64,000 nucleotides of DNA, taken from the NCBI GenBank assembly GCA_043732185.1, contig JAYTHY010000066.1:1-64000 (forward strand), read 5' to 3'. A program made the translations under genes and the position numbers. The notes below the pieces were generated by a model. The model was not told where the DNA came from and did not search any database. It saw nothing but the letters and a program-made list of their open reading frames with translations. Every line of letters starts with the position of its first letter. Within the stretch, counting starts at the first letter, position 1. The DNA is from Fibrobacteria bacterium. Lineage in GTDB: Bacteria; Fibrobacterota; Fibrobacteria; UBA11236. Positions 59,882 to 64,000 of this stretch are shown here, one piece after another.

Positions 59882-61177
59882 ATGCTTTATAATCGACTCA
59901 GGTTCGGGGCACTGGGTATGCTCGTTTTAAGTTCCACACTGCCTTCCTGGGCTACTTATTCCCGAGTTGAATCTATGGGGAAGCGGGCTGACTTCTTTAT
60001 GGATGATATCAGTATCTTCGATAATCCAGCTAATATGAATATTTTCCCAAATTTTCTGATCGGTGAACTTGGAACTTATCGACAAAGCCAATCCGATATG
60101 CCGGTTAAGGCGTCCGATTCTGTGGATGCTTCGGCAAACGTGCGCAGGAATATGGATCCCGCAAATAGTTGGTTCGGTGGCATATTCTCCTATTCACTTT
60201 CCAAAAATAAAGAGACCGGAAATCTGTATCCACAGGTAAGCATCGGTGGCGCTTTCAACCGGAAAGATGAAGAATTGTTTGCCTTTCTACCTGATAGTGC
60301 CGATGGCAATCCAATTCCTGAGCCAGCAACCAATTTTGACGGGTTCTTAGGCATGACCCTTTCCAATGGTGGGATGTTGGGATCGCATGTGTACGTGGCC
60401 ATGGAAGAGGGTGCAAACCAACGAAATGGAACACGTGTTGGCAGTCCTAATCCTGATATCAATGCTTATTTATTGAGGGCGGATGTAGGCGTAAATTGGC
60501 CTATTGCCAGAAATGTGGACGGTGAGCTTTCTGCAGGTACGGCTTGGATGAGTTATGGACCCAAATCCATTGATCCTCAGGTATCCTATTTCGTTAAGGC
60601 ACGGGCCTTTTCAACTTTGGAAATTATCAATGGTGAATTGGTGCCGCTTTTTAACTACAGTGTCATGCAGGCTCCCGGCCGTACTTATACAAAATTGCAT
60701 TTCGGTTTGGGTGTCAATGTTTCCCTTGATCGAGGCTTTTTCTGGCTGGGTGCTCAGGGAATATTTGATGAAGATGAAACCAAGGGCATGACCAGAAATC
60801 CTGATCATACGATTTCATATAAACATATGGGAACTACTCATGAAGTGGAATCAATTCGGGGAAGTTTGGTGTCCTTTGGTATTGAACGAAATGTTTGGTG
60901 GGATTGGTTGGTTCTCCGAGTGGGCGGGCAAAAGGAAATTTCCTACCGAAATAAAGAGAGCTCACTTACGGGCGAAACCTTCAATTATATCTTTACCAAT
61001 CCGACCAGTGATGGCACGCCGAATGACGCCGTTGGATTCGGTATTGGAATCAACATTGAGGAAAAGCTAAAGGTGGACGCTACTCTGGCCGAGGATCTAC
61101 TTTATACTTTCGGCAATCTTTTTTCGGGACCTGAGCATCATGTGATTTCCCGAATTTCGGCTACTTATTCCTTCTAG
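59882..61177 (+). CDS. Outer-membrane beta-barrel protein
   Basis: Signal peptide, RVESMG...DDISIFDNPAN plug-like start, terminal ISATYSF. Confidence 0.75.
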   Translation: MLYNRLRFGALGMLVLSSTLPSWATYSRVESMGKRADFFMDDISIFDNPANMNIFPNFLIGELGTYRQSQSDMPVKASDSVDASANVRRNMDPANSWFGGIFSYSLSKNKETGNLYPQVSIGGAFNRKDEELFAFLPDSADGNPIPEPATNFDGFLGMTLSNGGMLGSHVYVAMEEGANQRNGTRVGSPNPDINAYLLRADVGVNWPIARNVDGELSAGTAWMSYGPKSIDPQVSYFVKARAFSTLEIINGELVPLFNYSVMQAPGRTYTKLHFGLGVNVSLDRGFFWLGAQGIFDEDETKGMTRNPDHTISYKHMGTTHEVESIRGSLVSFGIERNVWWDWLVLRVGGQKEISYRNKESSLTGETFNYIFTNPTSDGTPNDAVGFGIGINIEEKLKVDATLAEDLLYTFGNLFSGPEHHVISRISATYSF

Positions 61178-61190
61178 TCCTGTTCAGGGA

Positions 61191-61577
61191 ATGAACCAAT
61201 TTCCAACTTTCATTCTTGTGGCCTTCCTTTGGCTGTTCGGAGGAGGCTGTTCCGCCTCCCATCATTCCTTGGTGGATTCCCTAGATGAAATTGCCAAGGC
61301 CGATCTCAAGGACATTCTAGTGGACTTGCCGCCTAAGGCCAAGAGTGCACTGTTAGCCAAGCCCTACTTTATCCGTGATGAATATGAAGAGTATCATGGA
61401 GATACTTCAATCGTCTTCCAGGCCAGAGCTACTTTGGTCTTTTTTTACCTCGATCCCTCGCTGAATCTATGCCAGGTCCGAAAGTATCGATATCGCACTA
61501 CAGCGGGACTTTGGGACAGGTATGATGTTAAGTTAATTCACATCCCCGAAAAATTTACTGGATCAGAGTCGCATTAG
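61191..61577 (+). CDS. Hypothetical lipoprotein
   Basis: Hydrophobic leader with GGGC lipobox-like motif. Confidence 0.65.
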   Translation: MNQFPTFILVAFLWLFGGGCSASHHSLVDSLDEIAKADLKDILVDLPPKAKSALLAKPYFIRDEYEEYHGDTSIVFQARATLVFFYLDPSLNLCQVRKYRYRTTAGLWDRYDVKLIHIPEKFTGSESH

Positions 61578-61674
61578 TTCCTACAAAGCCTAGGATGCGA
61601 AATCATAAATTTGTAGTTTTTACCTGATCTCTGCAACTTTGGTTTTCCCTTAGCCATAGAGGAGTACCTCCCCC

Positions 61675-62697
61675 TTGTTCGGTTTCTTATCAAGTGATAT
61701 CGGTATAGATTTGGGAACAGCGAATACCTTGGTCCATGTAAGCGGACGTGGTATAGTGATCAATGAACCCTCGGTGGTTGCCGTGGAAAGGCGCACCAAT
61801 AAGGTTTTAGCCATTGGGTCGGAGGCTAAGCGTATGTTAGGCCGCACTCCTGGTGAAATTATTGCCGTAAGGCCTATGAAGGATGGAGTCATTGCAGACT
61901 TCCAGATGGTGGAAAGTCTCCTAACACGGATGATCCAAATCGCTCAGAAATACCCGCTGTTTTTTCTCCGTCCTCGAATTGTGGTCGGTGTGCCTTCTGG
62001 CATCACTGAAGTTGAAAAACGTGCCGTGTTGGAATCCGCCCAGAAGGCGGGAGCGCGCGAAGTTTACCTAGTAGCAGAACCCATGGCGGCGGCAATAGGT
62101 ATGGGTATTCCAGTTGAGGACCCAAGTGGAAATATGATTATTGACATTGGCGGTGGGACGTCTGAAATTGCGGTCATTGCCCTTTATGGAATTGTTTGTG
62201 ATGCCTCCGTGCGGGTGGGCGGCGATGAAATGGATGAGGCCATCATCAGCTATTTGAAAAAGAATTACAATCTACTGGTGGGTGAAGGCACGGCTGAAAA
62301 AATTAAAATGCAAATCGGTTCTGCGTATCCACTTGAACGCGAGCTCGAAATGGAAGTGCGCGGTCGTGACCTGATGGCCGGAATTCCACACACATTGAAA
62401 ATCACTTCGGCAGAAATTCGAGAAGCCCTTGCTGAACCCGTCAATGCCATCGTAGAAGCCGTCAAGCGCGCTTTGGAACAGACACCACCAGAGTTATCAG
62501 CGGATATACTTGAAAAGGGAATCGTCATGACGGGTGGCGGCTCACAGCTGCGAGGATTCGACGAGTTGCTGAGACAAGAAACCAATTTGCCCGTTAATGT
62601 AATCGATGATCCTCTGGTTTGTGTTTGCAAAGGCACAGCCCGCATTTTAGAGGATATGGACAAGTATTATAAGGTATTGATGGACGCGAGCCGGTAG
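61675..62697 (+). CDS. mreB: Rod shape-determining protein MreB
   Basis: [33 protein letters not shown] start after GAGGAG. Confidence 0.98.
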   Translation: MFGFLSSDIGIDLGTANTLVHVSGRGIVINEPSVVAVERRTNKVLAIGSEAKRMLGRTPGEIIAVRPMKDGVIADFQMVESLLTRMIQIAQKYPLFFLRPRIVVGVPSGITEVEKRAVLESAQKAGAREVYLVAEPMAAAIGMGIPVEDPSGNMIIDIGGGTSEIAVIALYGIVCDASVRVGGDEMDEAIISYLKKNYNLLVGEGTAEKIKMQIGSAYPLERELEMEVRGRDLMAGIPHTLKITSAEIREALAEPVNAIVEAVKRALEQTPPELSADILEKGIVMTGGGSQLRGFDELLRQETNLPVNVIDDPLVCVCKGTARILEDMDKYYKVLMDASR

Positions 62698-62844
62698 CGG
62701 ACTCCGGTTACGGACTGCGTATTCAAAGGCTTTTTTCGGTTACAGTGGTCGTTCCATGGTTTCCCGCATCCGTAGCTTGAGAAGGGCCTCCATGAAAACT
62801 GGCAAAGTGGCTATGCTCACAGCACTTCCAAACTGGGTCAAAAG

Positions 62845-63672
62845 GTGAGTCTTTTCTATTGGATCCGCAGGCTCTTTACCTTTGGGAAGGGCGTCGTTTC
62901 CCTTTTTAGCTGCATCATGGCCTGTGCCATTTTGATATCGCTCAAGCCTCCTGAACGGCAAACTTTTCATGATGTGATGATCAGCACGTTTCTTTATCCG
63001 GCGCAAGCTATACTTTCTCGATTGAATCGAACCATTCGGGTTTTCAAGGAGAACGAAGATTTGAAGCGGCAGAACATAGCCTTGAGGTTGGAGAATGATT
63101 TTATGGGACAGGCCATAAAGGAGCTTCCCCGAATTGAACAAATGGAAGCCTTTGGAGCCCGTAGTGGGTTAAAACTGAAAATGGCCCAAATCATAGCTGA
63201 GGATCCGGGACGATATTCTAGGAATTGGGTTATCAATTTGGGAAGCGATGATTCCATTGATGTAAACATGCCAGTGCTAACCGCATTGGGGGTGGTGGGG
63301 AAAACCGTTAAATTGTACAACAGTCATGCACTTGTCCAGGGACTGGCCGACCCAAACAGCAAGGTTTCGGTTTTATGCAGTCGCAGTCGAGTCACAGGCG
63401 TTTTGGAAGCCTGGCCAGGTGGTAAACTCTTAGTTCGATTCCCGGTTGATGCGGATGTTAAGAGTGCTGACACTATGATGACCTCTGGAATGGGTGGCGT
63501 GTTTCCAAAAGGATTATTGGTAGGTGAAGTGGGTGAGCCGCATAAAGACGCGGGTGCAGGTGATGATATTCTTAAAGCATGGAATGTCAAACCTTTTCAG
63601 AATCCGGATTTGGTAGAAGAAATATTCGTTCTGATTCGCAAGGATTCTTGGACAGTTGGTGCTGAAAAATGA
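62845..63672 (+). CDS. mreC: Rod shape-determining protein MreC
   Basis: TM, coiled coil ENEDLKRQN, INLGS, GVVG, TSGMGGVFPKGL. Confidence 0.93.
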   Translation: MSLFYWIRRLFTFGKGVVSLFSCIMACAILISLKPPERQTFHDVMISTFLYPAQAILSRLNRTIRVFKENEDLKRQNIALRLENDFMGQAIKELPRIEQMEAFGARSGLKLKMAQIIAEDPGRYSRNWVINLGSDDSIDVNMPVLTALGVVGKTVKLYNSHALVQGLADPNSKVSVLCSRSRVTGVLEAWPGGKLLVRFPVDADVKSADTMMTSGMGGVFPKGLLVGEVGEPHKDAGAGDDILKAWNVKPFQNPDLVEEIFVLIRKDSWTVGAEK

Positions 63673-64000
63673 ATTTCTTGAAAAGTCTAAGTGTATTGGT
63701 CCTGGCCCTTATTCTACAACAAACCGTGGTACGCATCATTTCCATCGGTTCAATCCAACCGGACCTGGTTATTGTCGCATTAGTGGCTATCGCGATGCGC
63801 TACGGCACCCTTACCGGACTTTTCTGTGGACTTACTATTGGCCTCATTCAGGATGTATACGCTATCGAAGCACTGGGAGCCAATGCCTTATCAAAATGTA
63901 TGGTGGGATATTTTTCTGGGTTACTGGATGATAAAGTCATAAAGGTAATGCCGGCCACCAAAGTGCTTTTCTTGGCGATTGCATTTCTGGTTCATGATGC
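63669..64000 (+). CDS. mreD: Rod shape-determining protein MreD (truncated by the window end)
   Basis: Own translation from ATG 63669: MNFLKSLSVLVLALILQQT...IQPDLVIV...GLIQDV; ATGA overlap with mreC. Confidence 0.9.
   Translation, partial: MNFLKSLSVLVLALILQQTVVRIISIGSIQPDLVIVALVAIAMRYGTLTGLFCGLTIGLIQDVYAIEALGANALSKCMVGYFSGLLDDKVIKVMPATKVLFLAIAFLVHD

Overview
Bacterial chromosomal window with diderm architecture. A Fibrobacterota-like origin is inferred from protein styles and not proven. 1-2.4 kb is a mosaic of gene remnants and two PIN-type toxin-antitoxin pairs, one bracketed by a 27-bp direct repeat and shadowed by a microhomology-deleted toxin/antitoxin chimera. The middle is mostly housekeeping: GT9, YhaO/YhaN-like nuclease-ATPase, fadD-fadN-fadA, Rrf2-sucCD-mdh, metallopeptidase, multicopper oxidase, mtnN, yciO, yraN, two divergent Ser/Thr kinases, aminotransferase, ilvD, gap-pgk-tpiA-secG-tRNA-Leu(GAG)-psd, Hc1-like protein and oppABC. 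Two loci stand out. (i) 49.1-61.6 kb encodes an Agl-Glt-like trans-envelope machine (beta-helix/TSP3/OmpA protein, barrel-TPR fusion, giant TPR, ExbB + two ExbD, AgmX/PglI-type TonB, barrel, lipoprotein) running straight into mreBCD. (ii) 35.7-38.7 kb holds an orphan ORF with remote similarity to a fused T6SS TssB-TssC sheath, followed by an FHA-TM-lytic transglycosylase. All family calls come from motif recognition by eye; no searches were run. No CRISPR array, rRNA or intact transposase was seen.
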